This document shows positions 18,470-37,300 of a stretch of 64,000 nucleotides of DNA, piece after piece. The stretch is from Bugula neritina (Eukaryota > Animalia > Bryozoa). The stretch lies in contig OZ037771.1 of NCBI GenBank assembly GCA_964035545.1, positions 7,349,190 through 7,413,189 of the forward strand, written 5' to 3'. The position numbers and the translations under genes are program-made. The notes under the pieces are model-generated. The model saw nothing but the letters and a program-made list of their open reading frames with translations. It did not search any database and was not told the origin of the DNA. How positions within the stretch are numbered: the first letter of the stretch is position 1; each line of letters begins with the position of its first letter.

Positions 18470-20469
18470 AACCTTTTAGCTCTACTAAAAACAGAACAAT
18501 TAACCTGAGAAGCTGATTGAGCAGAAATAACAGCCTAAAGTAGAAATTTAGTTATACTAATTAAACTCGTATCATTTTGAATTCTCTTATTTGGTAAAAC
18601 CATTGACCAAAAAAAGGTTTCATTAGATTTGTAAATGAGAACAGCTCATAGCATAAGAATCTTGTTCATGAAATTTTATAGGCCATGGACATTTTTGTAT
18701 AAGAAATGTTAGAAGCTGAACATTTTAGTACAAGAAATGTTATAGGCTGAACATTTTAGTACCAGAAGTGTAATAGGCAGAGCATTCTATAGTTTAGCGA
18801 ATGGTATAATTCACTAAACATCTTAGGATAAGAAACCTTATTTATAGAGTAAGTGATGTTAAAACTTTCTATTTTATTCAACATTTATCTACATTTTTCC
18901 AAATCTACTGCATGTATCAAAATCAAATCAAAAGATTTAAAGCACCATTACAAATGTGCACATAAGAGATATCTTATCCTTTTAAAGGTCATACAGTGGT
19001 ATTAACATTAACACAAGCGCTACATGTATACTATTATTTAACTCTAAAAAAAATAAATAAAACACTGTAGAGCAGTAAGCAACTATTACTGTGATTTGTG
19101 AAATTTTAGCAATCTTCAAAAAGATTTAGTTTAAAGTTACGATAGTCATAAATTCTAGGAAAGAAACAAGACAGGTTAAATTATAGATGTATAGTTGACA
19201 TTTCACAAATGAGTTTAGTTCTCATATTATACATATGGTATAATTGTAAACAAGTTGTCTTGAAATATATTGTAAGTATTACATGTTTTAATAATCACAA
19301 CCTGAAGTGAAAGTTGAAAGCATCATAATGCAGTAAAACAATAGGAATGTTCACTATAAGTGTGTAAGATGAATTTCTTACCGAATATGTTAACTTTTCC
19401 TTGACCTAACTTTGGAGGCAGTTTCTATATACTCAAGAAGTAAACGTGCAGTTTTTACTAGCAACTTGGCTAATTAGTAGGCTTCTGCTTCACGATTAAC
19501 ACTTTTTGTTTATCAAGCACTGGGGTAAGTAATAAACAAGAGTACGTTCAAGATTTTATGAATATAGATTGACTAATTGCAATATGATATGTTATTTCAC
19601 AATATTGTGTTGTAAAGAGTTATTCATAGTGTACTATAAACTTCCTTTTTCCTACTTGTGACTGGCCAAACTATTTAGTAGTGCTAATCTATAGTTACAG
19701 GAATTCTTCGTACCGCGTGATTCATGTACTGATACATTATCTATTAGCACACTGTCTAGTGTATGCGATAACATTGTTGCCTTTCAAATTATACTATGTT
19801 TACAACTTCAACAGTCAGTGGTGCATGACAGTGCGGCTATAGTATATTATAAACTATATTATAGTAGGCTATAGTTATTACAAAGCTAGTCGAAGGTATA
19901 TCAGGTTGACATAAATGGTATAGTACAGTGAACTAGAACTTATAGCTCAAAGGCATAGCATACCATTTTTAACATACTTTCCAATTTCATTTACCATTTT
20001 TAGCAAAAGCCTTTAGCAAGCTGCACATAAATACTGCTAATTCTATATTTTAAATACTGGAAATCTCATGCGTGTATAATGCATCAAGGAACTTGTTCAA
20101 AAGAAAGAGTTACTGGAAAACTGGGGAGTGTATCTGCCCCCCCCCCCCCTTGTGATCATTAAAGCAGAAATGTTTAGAAATTGTTTCAGTTAAGGAAATA
20201 TGACTATTCAAGTGTAACAGATGTGTGCCGAACGGAATTCATAGCTTATTAACACTGCAGGTAAGAGTCATTAGTGATTAGTATAGTTTATTCATAACTA
20301 CATTGCTCATTGCTCTTGGACAACTGCATTGTACAAACTTGTGTCAGATGATACCTTTCAAAAGAACGTACATCCTGCCGTACCTCAAGACACAATGCAC
20401 TACATATGGAGCAAAGAATACCACACTTTTACATCTCTTTCACTACAGCGAATACATAAGTATGAGTAT

Positions 20470-21270
20470 ATAAAATCTCTCTTTTGCAGTCAGTTGATGT
20501 CACTATGACTGCTTCATAGACTTAGCTTGGATTTGGTTGAAGCTCTCCACAAAGCTTTGTTGTCAGCCTTCTGTTGCCTTCTGTTGATTGATCTCTATTG
20601 GAAATATCATTCAACTAAAGAAATTGCCAAAACACAAACTCTGTTGAAAATGCATACAACTAATAGAGCCTAGAAAGTTTTAAAAATATAAGAAATGAAG
20701 TTGTTCACAACAAAAGTACAAAAGAAAGTGCAATTATTGTATCTAATTGGTCATTTGTTACATGACCCCATACAACTTACAGAGATTTAATAAGAATGTT
20801 TATGAAGTTTCAGAGAGCTACTTTGTATGTGTTTATGTGTGTGTTCATGTGTGTGTTCATGTGTGTGTTTATGTGCATGTGTGTGTATGTCTCATTGTTA
20901 CAAGATGTTAATAATAAAGAGCTACATTTTACTCACAACACATTGTGTATAGTTCAACTGTCAATAATATGGTTTCAAAGTACAATGCTGACTGCTGTTA
21001 TTTTAAAGAATAAATATCTTATAAAATTTGCATATAATATTTTGAAGCCTTAACTTGACACATGAACCAAAGAACAATAGATTTTTGTTAAAAGACATTA
21101 TAATATTTTTATGAAGGGACAATAATTGACGTTTTTAAATGTATAAATGGAAATAATACATTGATCCCTTAACTCACCCCAGTGGAACACTTACATGCCA
21201 GTCTTTTATCCGTTGCTATACACTACCATCAGCACTTCCAGAAACAAGTTTACTATTGTAAATAGACAGC
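20470..21270 (-). pseudogene. Decayed partial paralog of the MS4A-like gene
   Basis: 20927-20992 matches exon 15331-15474 and its donor (ttttactcacaacacattgtgtatagtt is identical) but reads QHCTLKPYY*QLNYTQCV. Weaker remnants at about 21175 (LACKCSTG|gtgagt) and about 20500 (YEAVIVT). Confidence 0.6.
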
Positions 21271-21297
21271 TGCATCTATAATATAACAATCTTGTGT

Positions 21298-21478
21298 AAG
21301 TTTATAGTCACCGGCCTTGTGAGAAACCCAAAATGGAAAGGGTTTCTCTTTTTTTCTTGTGTGGCACAAGAGCAATTATTCATTAAATGCTGAAAAATAA
21401 TTGCACCCACTGAGAATCGAACCGGAGGCCTCTGGCTTGCAAGCAAGTGTGCTAACCATTACACCACTGAGACCACTG
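21298..21478 (-). mobile_element. tRNA-derived SINE copy with a different tRNA-like head
   Basis: Shared SINE 3' body; the head reads GGTCTCAGTGGTGTAATGGTTAGCAC...GGTTCGATTC on the minus strand. Confidence 0.7.
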
Positions 21479-22067
21479 GGTAAACTCATCACTACGAATG
21501 CTTTTCTTCCAATGATCTTTCCTGAGGTTCAAATCTGCTTGACCACGAGTTTACTAAGCCAACTTTCCAACCTCCAGACTACGCAGCTCCCAATATAATG
21601 TTATTGGTAATTATTTAAACCACCTTACATTTTCTAATATGCTTCCATATTATAAATATATAATAAAGAAATATAATACAAACAAATAAATAATTATTTT
21701 TAACTTTATACCGCAGGCCTACATTTGTATATATAGCTAATTGCAAAATTACTTCATGGTCAATTGCATAGCTGTACCTCTTTTTATTATCCTAAAATGT
21801 TAGCAGACTATGTTTTTTTTGTGCATATTGATGTTGATTATAAGTCAATTTATGAAGCTAAATAGATTACATAGATTGATCACAGTTGACTATAACTAGG
21901 CTAAATAGAACCAATTTTCTGATTACAACTTCATGCTTATAAAAAAACCAGATTTTATGACATTATTATATATTATTTATTTCTGCTTTATTGATTGAGT
22001 TGTGTAACTCCAAATAGAAAGTAACAGCACAATTGTTTGTAGATATTAGAGTTTGGTAAGATGACTC

Positions 22068-25843
<3,776 letters not shown>

Positions 25844-28151
25844 GTTGATTTTTTGTTAAACAATTGGTTATCGAGAGCCAGCTGAAATTATGGACTTTTG
25901 TTTTGATGCATCAAAAATTCAAAATAAATAACCTAAATTTTTTAAATTGTTAAATGATGAAGTAACAAATATGCAAGTATTTTTTCTGAAATTTATCAGC
26001 AAATATTCAAAATAATAATAATTTGTACAAATAACTCGTATTGATAAATTGCAATAAATCCATGATATGTTATTTATAACTATAGTTATAAATCAGGCTA
26101 TAGCCTGATGTTTTACATGTTAGTGTTTTTACCAGGTGTTTCATGGCAGATTTATCTTGAGCTAGCTTAAACTTTAAAATATATATTATGCTAACAAAGA
26201 TATGAGTCCCACATAAAACAATGTTCAAATATTTATTGATAGATGCATTGAACAAGCTTCATCGGTAGTGTGTTCAAAAAAACCATTTTTGCAACCTTAA
26301 AATAAATAAGAGATCAGTGCAAAATTAATTAAACTAATGAACATAAAAAACTATGTCTATTAGATATTATATATATCCTAAACATAGAACAAGCATAAAG
26401 TTTTAAAGCAATCTGCTACAAAGGATTTTCAAAAATTCATAGGTTCAGACTTTGAACAATTTCTTTCTCTAGCCAACAATTATTTATTAACTCTTCATCA
26501 ATGCTTACTTATACTCTTCACTCATTCAAACTGTTGTTGCTCTCACACAAACTTTTACTACCTTTGATCACCAAGGTTTTCTAATTTCTGCTTACATACT
26601 TCTTCAACTGCAGGATTAACCCAACTTACCAGGTTCACAAGTCTTCGGCTGTTTAGATGTTTATTCAGTAAACATCTATCACAAGGCTATGTCTATAGCA
26701 AAAGCTATGATGTCATAACTTCAATCACAACACAACCATAATTCTACATGATCCTCCCTCCCTTCTAATGGAAGGACATATTTGTACTATGCAAATATAC
26801 AAGCTTTCAACATAATATCGTGGTATTGCTAATATAATTCCACACAACAACTGGCGGATGCAAGTAATTGGAAGGTCAACTTTCAGTGTCTGTAGATGTG
26901 AAATAAATCGGATTGGTGGAATGCTGATTTCAACCGAAAGCCAAGTTATAGCTACTCAACTGCAAATCTATATACTGTTGAATTAAAACTAAAATGATTT
27001 TGCTATTGAAGTCAAACTTATTTAAAACTTTTTACCGACTGGTAACCTTGACCCTTGACTAGCTGCTGTTTTATTGCACCATATAGAGTCAATTGTCAAG
27101 AGTTTTCTATTTTATTCATAGGTATGTATTTTTTCTTCACCTTGGACCAAGTATAAGAGAGCAAAGAAATTTAAAATTTGTGCAAACATAAACAATAAAT
27201 TAGTTTAAAAAACTTACATGTATATACGTTTAGAGTTAGATTTTTATATATAATGTTTATAGTCATGATGAAAAATTTATTTGTTTGTCAAACTCTTCTT
27301 TCTGGTCAGCTGGCAAATATTTTAAAAATTCATATTTATGCTTTTTATACATGTTTATCAGATCTGTGTAATGGTCAGGCCAAAATTTATATACGTTACT
27401 GCAATTTCCGTCTATAGCCATAAGATCTGAAATTGTATATCTTTGAAGGAATCTAAAAATAAGATTTAAAAATGCTATAAAATATGTATAATTGATCAGA
27501 CAAACATGTATAAAACAAATTGAGAGTTTTAGATTAAAGAAATATTTTTAAGGGTTTTTAAATTTTGCATAGCCAAGCAACAATTTAAACTAAAATACAT
27601 AATTTATATAAGGACATCTTCAATTCTGTGACTATCATTACCATAAGTTAAAGTAGCTCAGGTAAATTTTTTCATTAATCTCATAAACATTTCTAGAAAA
27701 TAGACTTTTTCAACCTTAAATACCTTGAGTTGTGTTATCGTGATGAGTCAAAGAGTAATTTGCATTACTGTTGTGTTTTAATATACAGAGAAAATTATTT
27801 TTGCAGACTGAAAGAAAATAGCAATGTGAAAAAAGCTATCTCATAAGTTATAGTTGAAAGTTGCAAATGAAAAGATAAGTGAAAATGTTGGGTTTTTATA
27901 CCAATCAAAAAGGTTAGCTCTTTTGTGTGGTAGCCATAATTAGTGTGTATAAAAAGGCATAATATTATAGCAGGCATAGCTATGATGATACATGAAAAGC
28001 TATCATGAATTAGAGAAAAGCTTTCCCAGCTCCTGTAAAGCCCCAAACAATTACACTAGCTGTATTTAAAATACTTGTCTTTGTTGATGCTAAATGTAAA
28101 TTTTATGAAAACAGGATTTATCAAAATTATATTAAAAGATGCTGATTTTAC

Positions 28152-30975
28152 CTGAAAATAATAAGTTTTGGGTCTTCTCTGACCACTTCTACCAAATCCT
28201 TAGTAACATTCCTAACATCAATATTATCTCTACTCAAAAAACTAGCAACTTCTCTCGTCATTGAAATGTTCATCTCTCTAAAATATAATGTTATATTATA
28301 ACTGTATTGATTCGATTTTTACTCTTAAAACACTCAAACAAGAAAGTATTTTAACTAAACTGATATATGAAGTTAGAAACTTTAGTAATCCGCCATAACC
28401 AGTTTCTGTATATATTACATGTATAAAATAATATCGTATTATAATATAATATACTGTATGCAATACATATATGAAATAATATGCTGTATACGATACCCGT
28501 GCATGAAATAATATACTGTATAGAATACATATAATATAATATGATATACGGCATTTAAAAACTCAGGAAAGTTTATAGTCGCATCCCTGTGAGAAACCCC
28601 TTAATGGAAAGGTTTTTTTTGTTAAAGCGAGCTAATGGGCTTCACAGACTACAGTCGAAACTCGACTGTGAACGCGTTTTTGTAGCTGCTCGCGAACACC
28701 TTCAGCGTCACTTCCTACTTTTTGCTGGTCCCACTACAGTTCACTACAAACGCTGAAAGCTAACTGTTTCTAGCCCCGCAGTAAACTTTTAATCAATAGG
28801 AATCCTGTAGCTTAGTTTCTGCTGTATCCACAGCAACCAAAAAACAAATTTAGCATAATTTATTGAGATTTACTAGCATAATTCAATAAGATTTACTATT
28901 TATTTTTATCCTAATTTACTAGCTTTACTTATTCAAAATTACTAGCTTCATTTAATGCGATTTACTATAGCTTTTTCAATCGTATTCACTAGCATAAAGA
29001 ACTAAATATGCTAAAAAAATTCAGCCAAATTAGAATAAGCAAATATTCTGATAAAATTTAGCCAAATTTATCTGCTGAATATTTATTTTCATAGTCAATT
29101 TTTATTTATCTGCTGAATATTTATTTTCATAGTCAATTTTTATTAAGATTCGCATACATAACTTCATCATGATAATGTTAAGTAAAATAATATAATTTTC
29201 AAAGAACCAAATCAAATAATAATGAAATAAGTAAAAGCACTTAGCCAATCAGGGCTTACCTGGCCAGTCAGTGATTGGCTGAAGCTGAGCGTTCCACATG
29301 TCAAACTCTGAATGCATCGCGAAAAACTGACAGTTGCGTTCAGAAATCAGACAGTTGTGACATCGCAGAATTCAACACTTAGCCTCGAAAACAGCATTCA
29401 CAGTCGAGTTTTGACTGTAATCTGTAAAGCCCATGACTTTGTGTTTACTAGGCTAACGATCTAACCCTTATACCACGGCTGTTCTGTATAATAAACTGCA
29501 TTTACTACATAAGATATTGTACTATGATGAAACATGCAGTATATAATACACTTGATATCATTTTATAATATTATATTATTCTTATACAATACAAATGATA
29601 CTGTATTATTATATAATATACTATAAATATACAATTTTTTTCGGGCTACATAATTTGGATTTTTTATGTCATATGTGGTTATTTTAAAACAACCTGTAAA
29701 TCTGAAGACCATAATAAGAAGTATTCGCTGCCAGCTGCTCGAAATAGACTTCATGTATGTTAGTATAGCCATCTGCTTTGAGGGTAGCCACCATCTTACC
29801 AACTTCTACTAGCTGGTTACACACAGCAGCATATGGTGGTTGTTCAGCAGCGTATTTCTGAGCAGCAAGCAGGCCTCTGGGATCTCTGACCTACATGGTG
29901 AAAAAAGATTTGATAGAATTTATTTCATTGTCGTGTGCTAATACTAAGGTGTGCAATAAACCAGGATATCGACAAAATACAGAGTTGGCTACCGCAGTAG
30001 GAAACAACACCTCACTGCGATGGTCCAATGAGAGGAAAGCATCTTGTTATATAATCGAGATGATTTGCAGTGACAGTTGCATTTGGATTTGTACTCTATT
30101 ATTCTTTGGTTCTGTTGTGATACTATTGTTCTTGATACTTTTTCGAGTAATTGTAAAAAGCTAGGCTTGAGCTCTATGATAGGCAAACCTCCAATACACG
30201 TTGACTGTCAAAATACTTTCACACCTTTTTCTTTCACGCAATAAAAAGGATCAGGTTATGTTCTAGTGTTGGCTCTTCAAAATTCACACTTTAGTAATTA
30301 GTTGCATAGCACAAAATTACAACAATAGTGCCAGTTTAGTGGTAGTACTGGCTTTGCAGTTTGTCATTAAAAGTATAACAACACCTGATTCATATGGCTT
30401 ACTTTACAATTAGTTAAATACAGCACAGCATATAACCATAATTACAAATGCATAATTACTATAAAACTTTGTATCAAACTTCTCAAGAATGTAGGCAGTG
30501 TAACAAAATTATAATAGCACATCTGTGAATACTGTGCATTGGTAAAATGATTATACCTGAATTTATCAACTGTGTTTCAGCATGGTACCAAAATTAAACA
30601 ACATGAATTGATCATGTGATAACATGTATTTACCAAATGAACAACTTGCACATCTGGATTTCTCTCCACAAACTTTTTCACTGCTATTGCTGAAAGTATT
30701 CTAATTGTCTTCACATTAAGAAAAGACGATTTCTCACAAGCCTCTTGCCAATAAGGAACACAATCTATAAATTCACAAGCTGACAATGAGTTTATTAGCA
30801 TTTGTATTTTACTGGAAGTCAGTTACGTTTAGACACAAAAAATTTCTCTAAGCATATAAAGAAGGTACACAGTACTTGTTGCATTTTCTCTCTTTTGAGG
30901 TATGTTAATAAGATGACGGTGTTTATCATAAGACAAGTATGACTGTTGAGACCTGTATACACACACAGCACAGAC

Positions 30976-31022
<47 letters not shown>

Positions 31023-31260
31023 CACGCACAGCACGCACAGCACACACAGCCCACAGCACACAACGCACAGCACACGCACAGCACACGCACAGCACACGCA
31101 CAGCACACGCACAGCACACGCACAGCACACGCACAGCACACGCACAGCACACGCACAGCACACGCACAGCACACGCACAGCACACGCACAGCACACGCAC
31201 AGCACACGCACAGCGCACAGCACACAGCATGCACAGCACGTACACTAACTACCTAACTAC

Positions 31261-31295
<35 letters not shown>

Positions 31296-31296
31296 C

Positions 31297-31331
<35 letters not shown>

Positions 31332-31332
31332 C

Positions 31333-31397
<65 letters not shown>

Positions 31398-34300
31398 AAG
31401 CGCACCAATCTAGTGATTTAGTTGTATACTAGCTTTCCCAAAATGACCAACAGCTAATTTTATTTAACATTTTATTTTATTCTGCCTTAGAGCTCAGATG
31501 GATACAGTTTAATTACTATAATGCTTCTGACTAATTTTAATTGTAATTAAAGGATTGCTCTATCTTAGTTTATTACAATCACATTATAATTATGAACTAT
31601 AATCTAATGTGTATGCAAACAATTGTGACTTTGCAAAGGGATATGTGCCTCGAAAACAGCTTTTCAAAATTCTAATTTGGAGGGAGGTAAAATTTTCAGC
31701 CATGAAAAAGAATAGCCTAATACGTGACGTGTGAACGCCAGTAACTATGCTGCACCTGCTAACTATAACGTGAGTATTCAAGGTTGCTGAGCACAACATC
31801 AACCAATAACGCTCAAGCAGTTACAGTGCGCTATATATAAGGTCAGCTTTGGTGCGCCCGTAACATTGCACAATCTGACCTAGTTTAGATCTATCGCAGG
31901 CATTCATCCTAAAGAATGCACGTTTTTGCAATGCTTTTTTCTAATGTTTACAAGCAAAATATGGCCTAATGTTATCACATACACGTTATTTAACATGTCA
32001 AAAAATTATAGATTGAGATAATGCACATTTGCACTTTTATAAATATACAAATTACGAGCTGAAAGATCACATCTCACAGCAATATTTCTATAGTTATTCA
32101 TTTGTATAGTCACGTGACCAGCAAGAATGCTGGCGCTGTTACGTCACATTTCCCAGCTCATTTCAAAATCGGCGTTTTGGCTGTTACCAATCTACACCCT
32201 CAACTTCAACTAACTTTTTCTACCTTTGGTCAAATGTTTTTTGTCAATGCATGTTTAGAAAAACACAATATTATGTGTGTTTGACCTAAATGGCCATTTA
32301 TTAGACAAGATAGAGCAATCCTTTAAATTGTATGCATCTGAGCTCTTCTCTTACCATGAGCACAGTTCAATACTTGTTGGCAGTTGTTCTCTCGTTGACC
32401 TCTCTTACTCAACATAAGAAGGCTCCATCCGAAATATGTAAATTCAAAGAAGTATTGTGGTAGTTGGTGGACATCACATTTAAAAAATGATTCTAGAGCC
32501 TGAAACAAAGAACATTTAAACACTGCATTTTTCAAATTCAGTATCAATTATTGTAGCCTAAAATTAAGTCATTTATCAGGTTTGGTTTGAGTTATTGCTT
32601 GTTCCAAAAGTTTAAGCTTAAAATTCTTTCCAGCTTTTTAGTTAGTAGTTCAAAGCTTTGACTTTTGTGTTGTTGAATTCAATCAAAATTTTCAGAAAAT
32701 GATATCATGAATAAATTCATTATAACATAAATAAAACAAAAAGTTTTAATTGTAGCTTTATTGATTTTTTTTTCAGTAAATCAGAATGTAATATTATATT
32801 TGATACTTTATTTAAAAGCTAAATAGATTTTCATTCAAGAAAACTTAGAAATTGATAAGCCCTGTTTTATTCATGAATTTCATCTAGGTTAGTTAAAATA
32901 CATCTTTGTAATGACAAAGTAATTTAGCCATAGCTATATTAATAAGTCACATGTAATTTTTCAGTTTAGATCCAAGTAATGCTGAGCAGTTTAAGACCTA
33001 AAAATCAGACAAACCATGAGCGCAACCCCGTCGCTTGGAAATTTGTTTGACTTTAGTTTCTCTGGTTCAAACAGAATCATGGAGTTTGGATTTCTAACAA
33101 AAATCGATTGAGTCATTGATGAGCCCGATCTGTATCTGCCAAGCACAAATACTTTTCCTGCTTTCTTTGCTTCTTTACCAAACTGTAACATATAAGTGAT
33201 ATAACCAGTCTCAATGTTGCACACACATATTAAACTTTCTATTTGAACTGGAATTGATAATTTTCCTATCATTATCAAAAAGTTTGGTTTTTATAGTCTG
33301 CATGTAATGGAAAGGGTTTTTAAAGCAGGCTATAAAATTTTTCATTACAGTGCATGAGAAATAAACAATTATGACTGAATGCACTTCTTAACATCTTCAA
33401 TGAATTTTAATCGAGATTTAACTATTTATCTGGCATTAACTAAACCATTAATTTAATCATTAGACCACAGGTGCTCCCTTTTTGTAGTTATTCATCCAGC
33501 AACCAATTAAATCAGTTTGCTGTTTTCAAAAATTAAATAAAATATTTGCAAAACTGACAAGAATATTTGTGCGATTTGTTTAATAAGTAACTTTTGTATA
33601 AATTAAATCTTAGCTTTTTTTATTTTAGAGTATTGAAAATAAGTGCAACAATGATAAATTTACAAGTATCAAAATAATAACTTGGTTGTTTAATATTTTG
33701 CTGCACGAAGACTTGGTTAATTACTTATTTAAAGCGTGATCATGTTTTAAAACATGCCTACCTTAAGATTTCTTTGATTTTCTTTGGTGAAGAAAACTCC
33801 CACACTATGTAAAGAACAAATATTTGTAGGCCTCGCTAGGTTCAGTGTGTTTGTGCAATAGCATGTCCACTCCTATAATTAAAACCATTCCAACACATGA
33901 TGCAGTGTATTACTTTTGCTTGATTTCAAAATAATTCCTACAATAGTAAGAATTATTTCAGGTCAAAATACTATAAAGTATCTTCAGATTACATGAGCAA
34001 CAAAATAATCATTTCTATAAACATAAATTTATTACATTGCATAATAAAATGCTTTAAAAAAATTAATGTGTTTACTTACTAAAGTAATCTGAGACACTTT
34101 TAGAAAGTAGTAATCAACATTACGACTTTTGCAAAATGAATGACACTCAGTTAAGTTTTGACTCTGAGATATGTTCCTGTCAGATTCCAAAATACCTTCT
34201 GTGATGGTTAGGTTGGTAAAGCATCCAATAAATCGTTTGTGACCTGTAATACAAATGACAATGCAGTATTTAAAATGATTTTCTTCTCAAATAAATGCTT

Positions 34301-37300
34301 GAAGTGCAAAAATCTAAACCCAGCATGGTAGTTTTTACAGTATCAGTTTACAAGTTTTATATTTTCAGGCTGCTATGTCTGCAAAAGTCAGCAAAACTTT
34401 TATAGCCAAAACTATGGAAATGTCTATTCAAATTTAGAAAGCTGCTTTTTGAAGCAAGCATGTAGTTCTTTACGTGCATGTAGTTCTTGCTGTAAACTAT
34501 TTTACTAGTCACCACACTGCTAAGCTGTATGAACTGATTTAAATGGTTGGAAGGTATTTACTAGCTCAATATCAAGCCAAGATAACTTTTTTAGTACCAA
34601 CCAACCAAGAGGTAGGTACAGTAATGAGAAAAGAATGTAGCAAAAGAAGTTGTTTTCAAAGAAGTTTCAAGCATCGCCCCAAACCAAAATTAAATAATAA
34701 AATCAAAAACCTTAGGCCATCTCAATTTCTCCACTACTGCTCCTATATGCTAACCAACCAATGCAGCTGAATTTTGTAAACTTTACCTGCTTCCATAGAC
34801 ACTTCTTTGTTTATAGCAGCTCTCTCAAACTCTGGCTTGCAGCTAGTCAATTTTAACTTGCTTCTATGACAACCACGATATCTGACCTTGACATTAAACT
34901 CAACCGAGGACATCCACGATGTCCAATCGGTGTCGCCATCTCTCAATGCTATTAACAAAATACTCGGTGGTATGTACTTAAGCACAGGATATAATGTATT
35001 CTAATTGCATTGCATAGCATATAATGTATAATACATAATGTAATGTGCATCATGATAACGCATTGCATTCTACACTATATTATAGTAATTTATAATATTG
35101 TGTTATATATAATATATTTATACCTATACTATATAATATAAGATAATAGGTTTAATTGTGCATAAATGTTAAAATTAAGTAGTTACATGCACTAAAACTT
35201 TTCATAGTAAAGGCCAGCTGTTATCTGAGTTTTTTATTACAATTTGAAATTTTGTGTTGCAGCCATGAGCAGACAAATTCAAAATTTACTAATTATCACC
35301 AATATAATATGTAAAAACATTAAGCCTATCCAAAATGTTATCAAAAATATTTGTTGGCTTTTAACATCATCTCCATATTTTAATTTTTAATCAACAATGT
35401 TATTAAATAATTATATTGAGCTACGGTAATATATATGCCACAATATCGTGATATAATATATAGAACCAAATTAGCTAATCCAGAACTAAAAGCTTGTTAT
35501 ATAAAAGATAAAGAACCAACACAAATTATTTATTTCTTTATGAACAAACCAGCTCTCATGACAATAGAATGGGGAAGAGAATTTAGATCACAATCTGATT
35601 GGTCTGTTTTGCAGGTCGCGTTACATGACTCTAAGTCAATCACAGTTCCAGCAAAGCCTGTGTCATAGCAGGTGCATGATCCTTTCTGTTTAATCAAAAT
35701 ACACAACAAAGCTCAGCATACACATAACATTCTATTGCTTTGTCATAACAGATAAGTATTGCAATAGCATCTCACTAAAAAGTTTGCTAAACTATGATGT
35801 TTTTAGACCTAAAAGTTGGTGTGGAATACAAAGCAACACATACGGAAAGTGTAGCATATGTAAAGTCTGTTACGCTACATTTAGTTCTACATGTTTCATG
35901 TGATAAGTTTTTCTCTGAGAATGTGGTAAAGTGTTGATCAAATTTGAATGGCATGTACTCCACGCAGAAAATTGGACGGCTGCTGTTGTAGCATTCTTCT
36001 AATGAACTGTTTGCCTGACAAGGAAGCTAAAATATGAGATATACAGTAAGCACACTTTGTTGAACTATAGTAAACCACTGCTTTAATAAACTAAAGTTGA
36101 TCACTTATAAATGTTAAATATGTGATTGTTCATTATTATGGTTTGACACGGACAAAAGTTTACAAATATAATGCTTTGTATTCAGGCACAATATTGTTGT
36201 ATAAATTATGTATTTTAAAAACACGAAGGGATACCTACTGTGTATATTATTAGGGCTACTGCAAATATGAACAATATATGACAAGCAAAGCAAGTTTGAG
36301 TAACAGCTGTTACAAAAATGCTTGCGGTTATACATTTAGGTGCAGTATTAGAGAATTGATATATAGCTATTTAAGTCATTTATCATACTACTATAATATC
36401 AATTCTGAGTTCCATAACCCATATATGTTACCTTGTAACGTGTTTTCTCTATATCATTCCCTAATAATCCATGTTCTTCATTTTCAACTATCTTCAACTT
36501 CACATATTCTTCTTTTGACTTGTCTAAGGATTTACTCTCGTAAAACAAACTAGTATTGCTTTTTGCTTTTTCTAATGATGCACCAATTGAAAAGCTATGA
36601 GATCCAACCGACATTGAGTTTAAAGATATTTTGACTGCAAGCATAAATTTTTAGATTAATATTATTGAATCAGTTAGCAGTAAGTCAAATTGATCATAAA
36701 AACTATTAACTTCGAGTCAAAATCTCCACCCCTGATGGTTTGAAAAAACCTGAAAACTATGCTTAAACCAGCTGGTAATATGCTTTAAAAAAACATTTAA
36801 CTCCATAAAAAAATTTTTCTATCTTTCACAATTACAATACAATAATACAGTGAAAAGCAAATTAGGCCTACTGGTATTTAATTTTCTGATATTCAATGCC
36901 TAATATGTTATTGTTTTATGAAACATTTCCTCATAAATTAAGTTAGAAGCCATGATAGGTAGCCTACTTATGTGTGTCATGAATTGTGTAGTACAAACAT
37001 ATAATTTAAAAAATAGCATAATTACAAAGTTTAAACCATCACAGCACAGCAAAAGATAAACAGAATATATTTATGTGTTTTTTGCAGAGTATGATAAAAA
37101 AATTTCTTAAGTTGATGAAAGAAATTTTCAAATTATTATATTGACAGCATCATGCAATTGTTGTCTTTTCTGTAAAACCTGCTTTTCAAAAATTATCTTC
37201 AGTGTACAATAAGAATATTATTAAAATGCAATTAAATTTAAACTTCATGCTTCAACCATTTAACTAGACTGCTAGTTTATCTAACAAATCAGTACAATAA

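Noticed and set aside
21405-21478. Possible tRNA gene
   Set aside because: A and B boxes are present, but it is joined to the SINE body and I could not form a clean acceptor stem, so it is treated as a SINE head.
27640-28046. Candidate last exons of the WSC-CHST gene
   Set aside because: Two phase-compatible acceptors exist (about 28032 and about 27692), and neither gives a convincing sulfotransferase C-terminus; left unresolved.
31245-31397. (AACT)n with occasional CCTAA as an interstitial telomere
   Set aside because: The unit is TTAG, not TTAGG or TTAGGG.
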